DNA of 64,000 nt from Armatimonadota bacterium (GTDB lineage: Bacteria > Armatimonadota > Fimbriimonadia > Fimbriimonadales > Fimbriimonadaceae), in NCBI GenBank assembly GCA_031400935.1, contig JANNQV010000025.1, positions 1-64,000 of the forward strand, read 5' to 3'. The position numbers and the translations under genes are program-made. Of this stretch, positions 27,609-37,053 are shown in pieces. Under the pieces are notes generated by a model. The model worked only from the letters and a program-made list of their open reading frames with translations, had not been told where the DNA came from and searched no databases. The first letter of the stretch is position 1, and every line of letters begins with the position of its first letter.

Positions 27609-28364
27609 ATGGTCGCCCTCTTCGCTGTCGCGATTTGCCAGTATGCTTTTTTTCCTTCTGCTCCACTGATCTATTCGGTTGTGATTGAGATGAATGGCAC
27701 ATTGCCCATTTTAGGAGGTAAAGAAGGGAAAGCGACAATTGAGTTCGATATGCGAGTTATCGGTCTTTTGCAGGATGCTGAAAAGCGGTCACAGGCAGAA
27801 TATGAGTTGCTCTCCTTTCGCACGAAAATGAATGGCGCACTACTTCCATTTGGGCTCGCAAGCGTAAAAGACTTCTTTCCGAAATCTATGTTTTCTTATA
27901 GTTCGACTGGTGAAGTGCTTCATACGACGGCTCCCAAGAAGAGCCTTCCAGCTTCAATGCCAGGGCTAGATTCGCAAAAATTACCGGAAACGACTTTCAT
28001 GCCAATAGTGTTTGGGAAAGGCTCTTCGTGGAACTTTGATAGAACTTTCAATGGAACCAAAATCCGATATTCGGCAACCTCAAAGCCCACAACCGAAGCA
28101 ATGGAAGAATGTGTATTTTCAGCATCACAAGCCGTGAAGTCTTGGGAGGATGAGTCAAACCGTCCAATAGCATCAAGGGAAGGTGCTGCTTTTGAAGTGG
28201 GTTCGCAATTGACCGCAAAGGGATTGCTGAGTTTTGATAAAGTTCAGCAATGCTTGATCCGATCGGAAACAACTGTTGAGATTGAAGGCGATGCGAGGCA
28301 CATTGAATCGAAGCAGTTGTTTCATCGGAAGCTGATGCTCAGAATTGTTTGCACCTTGAAATAG
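27609..28364 (+). CDS. Hypothetical protein with an N-terminal hydrophobic segment
   Basis: 251-aa ORF with coding-like composition and no recognisable motifs. Divergent from the kinase gene. Confidence 0.4.
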   Translation: MVALFAVAICQYAFFPSAPLIYSVVIEMNGTLPILGGKEGKATIEFDMRVIGLLQDAEKRSQAEYELLSFRTKMNGALLPFGLASVKDFFPKSMFSYSSTGEVLHTTAPKKSLPASMPGLDSQKLPETTFMPIVFGKGSSWNFDRTFNGTKIRYSATSKPTTEAMEECVFSASQAVKSWEDESNRPIASREGAAFEVGSQLTAKGLLSFDKVQQCLIRSETTVEIEGDARHIESKQLFHRKLMLRIVCTLK

Positions 28365-28581
28365 CAATAGGCATCTTCGATGTGAGGAGCCGACTCTGGT
28401 GTAACTCAAATCTCAGAGTAAGAGTAGCTCCGCGGACCAAAATGCGGAGCCTAGTCGTCTGTCGCTTCAAGTTGGTAACGTGCGTAGCTCCGCGCTCCAC
28501 GATTCGGCGCAACAACTGAATCGAAATGATTTGTCCCAAGCAGAGAAACATGGATTCGAGCCAAAATCTCCTATAAATTCC

Positions 28582-30138
28582 ATGCAACACCAAATCGTTC
28601 TCGTAGTAGATTTTGGGGGGCAATATTCCCAGCTGATTGTCCGAAGAGTTCGCGAATTTGGCATCTACAGCGAAATGGTGCCTTGGACGAAAGCCGAGTC
28701 CTTCATTCGAGGCAAAAGGCCGGATGCGGTCATTTTGAGCGGCGGCCCCCGCTCCGTTCTGGAAACAAAGGCACCATCAATTGAACTGACCAATTTAGAG
28801 GGGATTCCGACGCTTGGAATCTGCTATGGAATGCAGCTCATGGCGCATCAGCTTGGCGGGGAAGTTGAAAGGTCAAGCGACAGGGAATATGGTCTGAGGC
28901 AGGTAAAGGTCAAAGGCCCGACAGTTCATCCGCTAAAGGAATGGCGACTTGTTGATTCATTAGACAATCCGCAAGTTTGGATGTCGCATGGCGACCAGGT
29001 TTTAAGCATTCCTCCAGATTTCGAATGGACAGCGGAAACCGATTCATGCCCATTTGCAGGAATGGAGAGTGAATCGAGGCAAATGTTTGGCGTTCAGTTT
29101 CACCCAGAAGTTACGCACACAATTTCGGGCAGGGAAGTACTACGATCCTTTCTGATTGAAAAGGCGAAACTCACTTGCGATTGGACTGGCGAAAGCTTTG
29201 TCGAAGACTCAGTTAAGCAAATTCAAACACAAGTTGGACCCACTGGAAAAGTGCTGTGCGCGGTTTCAGGAGGAGTGGACAGTTCTGTCATGGCTGCTTT
29301 GCTCATTCGAGCGATAGGCGAGCGAGCCGTTTGCGTTTTTGTTGATCATGGGCTTTTAAGAAAAGATGAAGCCATTGGGGTTGAGGAGACTTTCGCAGGA
29401 CATTTCCATGCAAACCTCAAAGTTTTTCGGGAGCAAGAACGCTTCTTTGGTTCTCTTAAGGGCGTCACTGACCCAGAGCAAAAGAGAAAGATCATTGGTG
29501 AAGAATTTGTCAATGTATTTGACGCTCACGCCACAGAACTTGAGGATTGCGACTTCTTGGCACAAGGCACAATCTATCCCGACGTGGTGGAATCCGGCTC
29601 GGATACGGCGGCCAAGATCAAGAGTCACCACAACGTAGGCGGTATGCCCGATTGGTTCAAAGCGAAACGAACGATTATTGAGCCGCTTCGCTTATTGTTT
29701 AAAGATGAAGTTCGCCAAGCCGGGCGATTACTTCGCTTGCCCGATGAAATGGTGGATCGGGAGCCGTTTCCTGGCCCAGGCTTGGCAGTTCGAATCACCG
29801 GAGAAGTCACGCCTGAACGAGTTAAGATCGTCCAAGAAGCGGATGCAATCTTTCGCGATGAGCTTAGAGCTTCTGGAGCCAACAAGGGGATTTGGCAGTC
29901 TTATGCTGCCTTGCTGGACGTTCGAAGTGTCGGCGTAATGGGCGATGAGCGAACCTATCAGCAGCCAATCGTGCTTCGAGCGGTGGAAAGTGAAGATGCG
30001 ATGACGGCGACGGCAGTTCGAATTCCGTATGAAGTTTTGGAACGGGTTTCGTCGAGAATTGTGAACGAGGTGCACGGGGTCAATCGGGTGTTTTACGATT
30101 TGACTAGCAAGCCGCCAGCCACTATTGAGTTGGAGTAA
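28582..30138 (+). CDS. guaA: GMP synthase (glutamine-hydrolysing)
   Basis: GATase1 region (GICYGMQ) and ATP-pyrophosphatase motif (SGGVDSSV) with a conserved C-terminal dimerisation domain. The start is chosen at MQHQIVLVVDFGGQYSQL. Confidence 0.9.
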   Translation: MQHQIVLVVDFGGQYSQLIVRRVREFGIYSEMVPWTKAESFIRGKRPDAVILSGGPRSVLETKAPSIELTNLEGIPTLGICYGMQLMAHQLGGEVERSSDREYGLRQVKVKGPTVHPLKEWRLVDSLDNPQVWMSHGDQVLSIPPDFEWTAETDSCPFAGMESESRQMFGVQFHPEVTHTISGREVLRSFLIEKAKLTCDWTGESFVEDSVKQIQTQVGPTGKVLCAVSGGVDSSVMAALLIRAIGERAVCVFVDHGLLRKDEAIGVEETFAGHFHANLKVFREQERFFGSLKGVTDPEQKRKIIGEEFVNVFDAHATELEDCDFLAQGTIYPDVVESGSDTAAKIKSHHNVGGMPDWFKAKRTIIEPLRLLFKDEVRQAGRLLRLPDEMVDREPFPGPGLAVRITGEVTPERVKIVQEADAIFRDELRASGANKGIWQSYAALLDVRSVGVMGDERTYQQPIVLRAVESEDAMTATAVRIPYEVLERVSSRIVNEVHGVNRVFYDLTSKPPATIELE

Positions 30139-30374
30139 CGAAATTCCCCTCCCTTTTTAGACTTTGTCTAAGCGGACAAGAGTTGGGAGTTGATGTTTTG
30201 CAGCAGCTTTGATAGGTAAAACTATTGACCTCTCAGATTAGGAGACTGGTCGGTGATTTGGTTGGTCGGCAATGGGGACGCTTGGATTGGCGGTATTCGG
30301 ACTTTTGAATCGTGATGTAAACTGAATTGATTCAGTTGACCTTTATGTTGGGAACTTGAACCTAGGAATTTGGA

Positions 30375-31457
30375 ATGAAAAGCAGATTGCTACTTGCATG
30401 TCACTTTGCACTGTTAGGTTTTTCATGTTGTACGTGTGCTCAGCAATATAGACTTGATGTTCTCGGCGGGTTAGGTGGTTCGCATAGCTTTGCGACGGGC
30501 ATTGGTGCTTACGGGCAGGTTGTCGGTTACGCAAACACTCCACCGCCCTCTAATACTCATGGTTTCTTGTATTCGGATGGCACAATGCAAGATATTGGAA
30601 CGTTAGGCGGGCCAAATTGCTATGCAACTGGAATCAACGCTTCAAACCAGGTAATAGGCTATTCATCCTACGGTGCAGACGAACATGCTTTCGTGTTCAG
30701 TTCCAGGTCACTTACAGACATAGGTACGTTGGGCGGCACCAGAAGTAGGGCATTTGGAATAAACAATTCGGGACAAATTGTGGGCAATGCATACACTGCA
30801 CAAAATGCCGCAGATCATGCCTTTCTTTATTCGGGTAATTCAATGAGCGATTTGGGAACATTGGGTGGTACTCAAAGCGTGGCTTATGATATTAGCTCGT
30901 CTGGTAAGGTTGTGGGCGTAAGTTCTAATCAATTGGGGCTATTCCGAGCATTTGTGTACACCAGTGGGACTATGATTGATATTGGAACTTTAGGCGGCAG
31001 TGAAAGTTGCGCATATGGAGTCAACAGTTCTGGTCAGGTTGTAGGCCATTCAAACATTGTCAGCACGCAAAACCAACACGCATTTCTATACACAGAGGGA
31101 ACGATGGTTGATTTGGGAACCCTAGGCGGAAGCACAAGCTATGCCCACGGAATTAACTCATCTGGCGACGTTGTAGGCTTTTCATCGATCGGATTTTCAA
31201 GTAATCACGCTTTTCTTTTTTCTGGCGGTTCAATGCATGACTTAAACGATTTGGTTGATAGTTCTGGAGCAGGATGGGAGATTTTTGAAGCACGTGCGAT
31301 CAACGACTCAGGCCAGATTGCTGGAACTGCCTTCAACCTTAGTTCAGGCATAACCTCCGCAGTACTGTTGAATCCAGTCCCAGAACCAAGCTCAGTTACA
31401 ATTCTAGCTATGGGCGTAATAATTTCGTCACTAAGGGCAATGCGCAGGATAGATTAG
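30375..31457 (+). CDS. HAF-repeat extracellular protein with a PEP-CTERM sorting signal
   Basis: Signal peptide. Seven or more DIGTLGG-type HAF repeats. C-terminal VPEPSSVTILAMGVIISSLRAMRRID (PEP motif, then TM helix, then basic tail). Confidence 0.7.
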   Translation: MKSRLLLACHFALLGFSCCTCAQQYRLDVLGGLGGSHSFATGIGAYGQVVGYANTPPPSNTHGFLYSDGTMQDIGTLGGPNCYATGINASNQVIGYSSYGADEHAFVFSSRSLTDIGTLGGTRSRAFGINNSGQIVGNAYTAQNAADHAFLYSGNSMSDLGTLGGTQSVAYDISSSGKVVGVSSNQLGLFRAFVYTSGTMIDIGTLGGSESCAYGVNSSGQVVGHSNIVSTQNQHAFLYTEGTMVDLGTLGGSTSYAHGINSSGDVVGFSSIGFSSNHAFLFSGGSMHDLNDLVDSSGAGWEIFEARAINDSGQIAGTAFNLSSGITSAVLLNPVPEPSSVTILAMGVIISSLRAMRRID

Positions 31458-31598
31458 AGAAGAACTGACTACGTCTGTGTTAACTTCCATTACCTAAGTC
31501 CCACTGCCCCTGAATTGCACATCTATCGTGTCAGAACATTGGTTATTTGAAGGCAGACCAGTTCGTATAGTCATCCTACCTGGGTGGCCTGCACCTCG

Positions 31599-31627
31599 CA
31601 AAAAAGGAAGGGACTTTCTAGCCCTTC
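31599..31627 (-). terminator. Rho-independent terminator of the HD-domain gene
   Basis: Minus-strand hairpin GAAGGGCTAGAAAGTCCCTTC followed by CTTTTTTG. It overlaps the stop codon. Confidence 0.5.
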
Positions 31628-32172
31628 AACCCCAACTCTCCCGCATTCCCCCTCATCGCCTCAATCAAATTCCCAATGTGAACTGAAAGCTCCATCCCAA
31701 TCAACTCTGCCCCTTCCCGGACCTCGTCACGATTCACACCAGCGGCGAAGGATTTATCCTTTAATTTCTTGGTTACACTCGAAGGCTCGATGTCCATCAC
31801 AGACTTTGAAGGACGAACATATACGCAAGCCGTGATCATTCCGCAAAGTTCGTCGCATGCGAAAAGAAACTTTTCCATCAAGGAATCGCGCGAAATTCCC
31901 AAAACCGAATTGTGCGAACCGATTGCGCGGATGATCTCGCTTGGCCAACCTTCAGATTCCAGATGCCTCATTCCCCAAGCCGGATGGTCGTTTGGATGCT
32001 CTTCATAATCGAAATCGTGTAAAAGCCCGGTGATCCCCCAAGTTTCCACGTCCTCACCAAGGTTTGCTGCGTACCAACGCATGGCGGTTTCGACTGAAAG
32101 GCAATGGCGTCGGAGCGAGTCGCTTCGGACGTGGGAATGGAGAAGGGCGAGGGCGTCGGGGCGGGATTTCAT
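31618..32172 (-). CDS. HD domain phosphohydrolase
   Basis: HD motif region ([32 protein letters not shown]). 184 aa. Confidence 0.7.
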   Translation of the reverse strand: MKSRPDALALLHSHVRSDSLRRHCLSVETAMRWYAANLGEDVETWGITGLLHDFDYEEHPNDHPAWGMRHLESEGWPSEIIRAIGSHNSVLGISRDSLMEKFLFACDELCGMITACVYVRPSKSVMDIEPSSVTKKLKDKSFAAGVNRDEVREGAELIGMELSVHIGNLIEAMRGNAGELGLKG

Positions 32173-32176
32173 TTTA

Positions 32177-32399
32177 GGTAAGCAGTAAGCGGTTGGCGGA
32201 TAGCAGTTGGCGGAGGACAGGATTCGATTGGTGGTCTTTCATACTAAATAATTGAACTTGAAACAAAATTATTACTCAAGAGACCTTCCATCCGCGCTTT
32301 CCAATGATGAAGTTCCATTCCCAACCGCCAACTGCTATCCGCTTACTGCGAACTCCAAACCGCTAACTGACAACTGCCGCCCTAACTCCCCTGCCTGCC
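32177..32399. repeat. Inverted repeats GCGGTTGGCGGATAGCAGTTGGCGG / CCGCCAACTGCTATCCGC flanking about 110 bp, plus a CCGCTAACTGACAACTGCCGCC copy that encodes the last 10 codons and stop of the amidohydrolase
   Basis: Arms at 32189..32213 and 32325..32342. The nt 32363..32395 translate on the minus strand to GRGVRAAVVS-stop. Confidence 0.5.
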
Positions 32400-33814
32400 T
32401 TCACTCCTTCCTTAACTTTTCCTTCAGAAACAGCGACAACACCATTCACCACCACAAACTGAACGCCAACTGATGTTTCTGCAGGCTTGTCAAAAGTGGC
32501 TCTATCCAAGATTGTCTTAGGATCAAAAATAGTCAAATCAGCGTCGCAACCAACTTGAACCCTGCCCTTTTTCTTAAAGGCTGGGCATCTGCGTTCGAAT
32601 CGCTTAGCGGTCTTGAGTGTCATTTTCTCAATGGCTTGATTGAGAGTCAATATGCCGACATCGCGGGAATAGTGCCCTAAAACTCGGCAAAAAGTGCCTG
32701 ATGTGCGCGGATGACCGGCTCCGTCGCGAATCCTTCCATCGCTTCCAACCATTGTGATTGGGCTGGAAGCCGCCGCGCGGACTGCCGCTTCTGGGATGGC
32801 ATGAGCGATGACAAATCCGCCTTCGGCGCGATATTTTTCAAAGGATCCTTTGGTGAGCCGCTCGTGGGTCTTTGCCCATTCCAAGTCTCCATACGTGATT
32901 CCAAATTTCTTTTCCCAGTCTCCAGCAAAGACTTCGCTGGCGATGCCAGTTCCGAAGGCCGTGTAAGGGTAAAAATCGCAGGTTACATCGAATCCGCGTC
33001 TTTGGGCTTTTGCGATGAATTCGAGGGCTTGTGTAGTGCTTGAAAGTGCCATGCTGGGAACGTGGCAAATATGCAGCGGCGCCCCTGTCGCCATCGCCGT
33101 TGCCATCACTTCTTGAAAGCCGACGAGCGCGCTGAAGTCGTCTTCTAGAGTCCCATATCGCGTATGGCAATGGCAGCTTGCTTTGTATTTTGCGGCGACC
33201 TGAAACGCTTCTAGGACCTCCCAACGGGTGGTTGACGGGCGATATTCAAGCCCAAATCCAACACCCAATCCGCCAGCTTTCAGATTTTTCTCAATATGAG
33301 CGCAAATCCTCTTCATTTCTTCAGGGGCGGCTGCCCGGCTGATTTCGTCGTCTTGATCCCTCAGAACCGAGCTTCTGGCGTGCCCGTGTCCGGCGCCCGC
33401 ACCAAAATTGCAAAGTCTTTTGCCAGCGTTTTCCGAATACCACTTGGCTACGTCTTCTGCTCCACCTTCCATCTGAAGGGATGTGGTTACTCCGTCCAGA
33501 ATCTGGAGCCTGTCGTTGGATTCGTCTTGGCCATGGGCGATCGGGTCAATGAATCCGGGCGCAACGACAAACCCTTTGGCGTCAATTTCCTTCTTGCCAC
33601 GAATTGGACTTGAAGTGATGGCCATGATTCGATTTCCGTTAATGGCAACGTTTCGAATGGCATCCGTTTTCGTTTCAGGATCAATGACTCGTCCGTTGTG
33701 AATCACGATGTCATATTGTTTCTGGCCAAAGAATCCAAACGAACTCGAAGGAATGGAAACCGCGCTAACTGTAGTTGCCAGAAAAGTCCTTCGAGTCATG
33801 AGTAACTTTAGCAT
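32363..33814 (-). CDS. Amidohydrolase (N-acyl-D-amino-acid deacylase-like) with a Tat-type signal
   Basis: MTRRTFLATTVSAVSIPSSSFG twin-arginine motif. Metal-dependent hydrolase motifs (PGFIDPIAHG, HCHTR). Confidence 0.75.
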   Translation of the reverse strand: MLKLLMTRRTFLATTVSAVSIPSSSFGFFGQKQYDIVIHNGRVIDPETKTDAIRNVAINGNRIMAITSSPIRGKKEIDAKGFVVAPGFIDPIAHGQDESNDRLQILDGVTTSLQMEGGAEDVAKWYSENAGKRLCNFGAGAGHGHARSSVLRDQDDEISRAAAPEEMKRICAHIEKNLKAGGLGVGFGLEYRPSTTRWEVLEAFQVAAKYKASCHCHTRYGTLEDDFSALVGFQEVMATAMATGAPLHICHVPSMALSSTTQALEFIAKAQRRGFDVTCDFYPYTAFGTGIASEVFAGDWEKKFGITYGDLEWAKTHERLTKGSFEKYRAEGGFVIAHAIPEAAVRAAASSPITMVGSDGRIRDGAGHPRTSGTFCRVLGHYSRDVGILTLNQAIEKMTLKTAKRFERRCPAFKKKGRVQVGCDADLTIFDPKTILDRATFDKPAETSVGVQFVVVNGVVAVSEGKVKEGVKAGRGVRAAVVS

Positions 33815-34039
33815 TTCCTGAGAAATCCAAAACCAAATGAACAACTCGTTGTCCAAATGATAAAAATGCTCGGGAACTTCGCACGATTTGAATCATTTCG
33901 AACGTCTATAGTTTGGAGAGGGGAGAAGTAGAAACACCAGGTAAATCTGCTTGGTTTACCCAGCAATGTTTCGAGGGAGTCCCTCATCAACGTATTCTGT
34001 ACCAGCTGTGCTCCAATGAGGGTGCAGATTTATTGAAAT

Positions 34040-35590
34040 GTGGAGGATGAATTGAAAGTACAAAGCTTAACAATTATTGCTGCTATTGCAGCTGTGACAA
34101 TGGTCTGTGGCAATGCCACGGCTCAAAAGTTTGGCAAACGCAATGTCTTTGGATATTCTGGTTCGACTAGAACCGTGGCAGATTCAAATATTCAACGAGC
34201 ACGTCCGTTGCGATGGGCGCCGATTGACAAGTTTGGCAATCAGATTGGTCCATGGGTTTCCATGGTTCTAGATAACGATTGGCCCAATGGCCCATGGACA
34301 ACGATTTTTGATGCGATTGAGCTAAGTCCAGCAACCCTTGTCCCAGCTGCCCCAAACGGTGCACCGTACGAGAATCCAGGCTACGGACCTGCTTACATGG
34401 TTACGGGGAATTATGGCTTGACGTCTAACACTCCAGGTGCCAGATTTCGAGCTCCAGCCACATTTGAAATGACATTTTGGACCAACGACATGGAAATCAA
34501 TCCGCTTTATGCAGGGTTTGACGCAAATCGTTGCTCTTTCATGTGGTACTGGAACCCTGTTGGAGGTGCAGGTACAGAGGCTTGCATCATAAATATTAAC
34601 AACGCAGAAACGTTTGCTAATACAGCCGTAGGGCTTCCGCCACCTTCTGGACCCAACAACATTTCATGGGGCGGCGCTTTTGACGGCGTTGCGCTCGATT
34701 TTGGAATGACACTTCCAATTGGTGGCTTCTATGCAAATATTGACCTAGACGCAGGACCGACGCCATTAAGTATGGAGCTTCCAGGCGATGGCAAGGGTGC
34801 ATACATCGTAACGGTGAGAAGCGCAGCTACAACGCTGGCTTCTCGTGCACAACCGTACTTCTGGATCACGAAGCAAACAAATTATGGGTTGCCGGGTGGC
34901 AATCCGAGCAAACAAGGCCCATTCGAATGGGATGACGATACCGACATCGCAAGCACGTTGCCATTTCCAGCTGGGTACATAAACAACTCAGACGGGCGAC
35001 ACATGACTGATCCTCCGGGACCAGCGCATTTGGTAGAGTTCTACGATTACACAGGAGCAATCGGCCCTCCGATCATTGAACCTTTGGGACCTGCTTACGG
35101 CCTCTATTCAAATTTCGGGGCTTTTACAGCTACTTCAGAATCTGAACTGACGGTAGATGCTGGACTTCTCTTTGGCGGATCAGCTTCTTCTCTTCGAATA
35201 GCCGGCGATAGTGACATCTTGTACGTCCTCTGTGATGAATTTGATGCGATCGGCACTATTAGGCTAACAAAAGATACTTCAGTAACCACAACGACTGCGA
35301 TTTCGGTGATCGGCTCAACAAAATCAAGCCGAAACGATATTACTGAATTCTGGCAATTTAGAAACTACGCCACAAGCTCGTGGCAAACTGTTGGATTTCG
35401 AAATAGCCCATTAGGATCGTTTGTATCAAACCGAATTGACGCGACCGCAGGCGCAGCGAGTTTCCTGGATGGTAGCGGGGTTCTTCAATTCCGATACCTA
35501 TGGGTTCCTCAAGCAGATGTCAGCAATATTGATGGCTGGACAATGGAAGTGGATAGGTTGACTGTTTTTGTAAAAGGAACGGACGACTAG
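34040..35590 (+). CDS. Secreted hypothetical protein, paralog of the 8227..9279 product (shared C-terminal module)
   Basis: GTG start with a signal peptide. The C-terminal roughly 140 aa aligns to the 8227..9279 product. A structured leader (nested inverted repeats) sits at 33940..34040. Confidence 0.6.
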   Translation: MEDELKVQSLTIIAAIAAVTMVCGNATAQKFGKRNVFGYSGSTRTVADSNIQRARPLRWAPIDKFGNQIGPWVSMVLDNDWPNGPWTTIFDAIELSPATLVPAAPNGAPYENPGYGPAYMVTGNYGLTSNTPGARFRAPATFEMTFWTNDMEINPLYAGFDANRCSFMWYWNPVGGAGTEACIININNAETFANTAVGLPPPSGPNNISWGGAFDGVALDFGMTLPIGGFYANIDLDAGPTPLSMELPGDGKGAYIVTVRSAATTLASRAQPYFWITKQTNYGLPGGNPSKQGPFEWDDDTDIASTLPFPAGYINNSDGRHMTDPPGPAHLVEFYDYTGAIGPPIIEPLGPAYGLYSNFGAFTATSESELTVDAGLLFGGSASSLRIAGDSDILYVLCDEFDAIGTIRLTKDTSVTTTTAISVIGSTKSSRNDITEFWQFRNYATSSWQTVGFRNSPLGSFVSNRIDATAGAASFLDGSGVLQFRYLWVPQADVSNIDGWTMEVDRLTVFVKGTDD

Positions 35591-35615
35591 GCATTTCATA
35601 CCCGATTGAACCTAA

Positions 35616-35648
35616 CACCCCCGAAATTGCTTCGGGGGTGCTTTTTTT
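35616..35648 (+). terminator. Rho-independent terminator
   Basis: Perfect 10-bp stem CACCCCCGAA-ATTGC-TTCGGGGGTG followed by TTTTTTT. Confidence 0.7.
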
Positions 35649-35768
35649 GAAAAAAATAAAAAAAATAAAAAAATCCTTTCCTTTTCGAGAAAAGTACTAT
35701 ACAATGTGGAAGCGCTCTCCATTAAGAGCGCCGCATTCGTGGAAACGCGAGTGTTAGGAGGAATCATA

Positions 35769-36557
35769 ATGTTACGTAAAATCAATCGGGCGTTCACACT
35801 AATTGAACTATTGGTTGTAATCGCAATTATCGCAATTCTTGCAGCGATTCTATTCCCTGTGTTTGCGCAGGCAAAAGGCAGTGCAAAAACTACCTCGACT
35901 CTCTCCAACATGAAGCAGCAAATCACTGCACTCATCATGTATATGGACGACTATGATAACGTTCTGCGCGGACGATACAATGCTCCGCCAAGTACGGGCC
36001 CATTGGTACCGTATACATCTGAGAACATGATTTGGACGGGATATATTTATCCCTATATGAAGAACAAGGAAGCGTTTTTGGATGTGCGTTCGAAGGAACT
36101 GACAAAATATGCTGATGCTTGGCCAGATCGTGGTTGGCCATCCATCGGACAGAACTCTACGACTGGTGGTTGGTATTGGACAGCAAATCCAAACCAGATG
36201 GTGCTTGAGAGTGCAGATAAATTCAAAAACGTAGCGAAAGTCGTCATGTTGTTCACGAGCTTCTCAGGCGACACTTTGATTGGGCGCCGTGGATATTTAG
36301 CTAAAAACAATGCTGTAAATCTACCGACACCTGGACAAGTTTCAATGAACGACGTTCATAATGAAGGAACAGTCCTGGGCTTCCTTGATGGTCATGCCAA
36401 GAGGTACAAAACGGTAGCTTTGCTAGGCAATCCACTCGGTGACCCGACTTGTGACAACGCTCTGATACCATCAGTTACTGGTGAGTGGTGGCTAGATCGA
36501 AACGCAGCGAAGCTCAAAATGAATCTTTGGGACAACTGCATCATGGATCCTAACTAA
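35769..36557 (+). CDS. DUF1559 family protein with a prepilin-type N-terminal cleavage/methylation domain
   Basis: FTLIELLVVIAIIAILAAILFPVFAQAK pilin-like N-terminus. C-terminal DGHAKRYK motif typical of DUF1559. Confidence 0.75.
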   Translation: MLRKINRAFTLIELLVVIAIIAILAAILFPVFAQAKGSAKTTSTLSNMKQQITALIMYMDDYDNVLRGRYNAPPSTGPLVPYTSENMIWTGYIYPYMKNKEAFLDVRSKELTKYADAWPDRGWPSIGQNSTTGGWYWTANPNQMVLESADKFKNVAKVVMLFTSFSGDTLIGRRGYLAKNNAVNLPTPGQVSMNDVHNEGTVLGFLDGHAKRYKTVALLGNPLGDPTCDNALIPSVTGEWWLDRNAAKLKMNLWDNCIMDPN

Positions 36558-36623
36558 GAGGTCCAATGTGAAATCATGCCACCCGAACCATCGGGTGGCA
36601 TCCTTTGAGTTGGAAATAACGAT

Positions 36624-36902
36624 ATGAACAAATTCTCAATAATTCTAATTGCGCTTGGTTTGTTTTTTGCAGGTGGCTGCGGCAGTGAGCCAGTACCAAC
36701 TTCTTCGGCTCAAAGCGGGGCTGGAATTTCAGCTGTGCCTACCAGCGGTCCAGGAGCGCCTGATGTAACTCCAAGTTCAGAAGTCAAGGTGATCAACGAT
36801 CCCGCCCAGGCTCCTAAAGGACAGGGCTACATCGTAAAACCTGCTAATCCGAATGATCCAAAATATCAAGCTGATCCAAGGCTTGGGGGCGGCGGAGGGT
36901 AA
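36624..36902 (+). CDS. Small lipoprotein (Gly/Pro-rich)
   Basis: Lipobox LFFAGGC. 92 aa. Followed by a strong terminator. Confidence 0.5.
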   Translation: MNKFSIILIALGLFFAGGCGSEPVPTSSAQSGAGISAVPTSGPGAPDVTPSSEVKVINDPAQAPKGQGYIVKPANPNDPKYQADPRLGGGGG

Positions 36903-36956
36903 TTCCCTCGTTATCCTAGTTAGTTGCACAGGGGAGTGCAATGTATTTGGGAAGAG

Positions 36957-36995
36957 CTTGGCCTCCACATTTTGGAGGCCAAGTTTTTTTGTTTT
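36957..36995 (+). terminator. Rho-independent terminator
   Basis: CTTGGCCTCCA-CATTT-TGGAGGCCAAG followed by TTTTTTTGTTTTGGTTTTT. Confidence 0.7.
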
Positions 36996-37053
36996 GGTTT
37001 TTGATGTCGCGACCTTCTTCCGAACCCTCGATCCTCAAAGCTCATCTGACTTC

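Noticed and set aside
27322-27738. 138-aa minus-strand ORF containing HPHPHPHP
   Set aside because: It is the translation of the (GGGGAT)n repeat and promoter region. It overlaps the divergent gene start and has no coding-like features.
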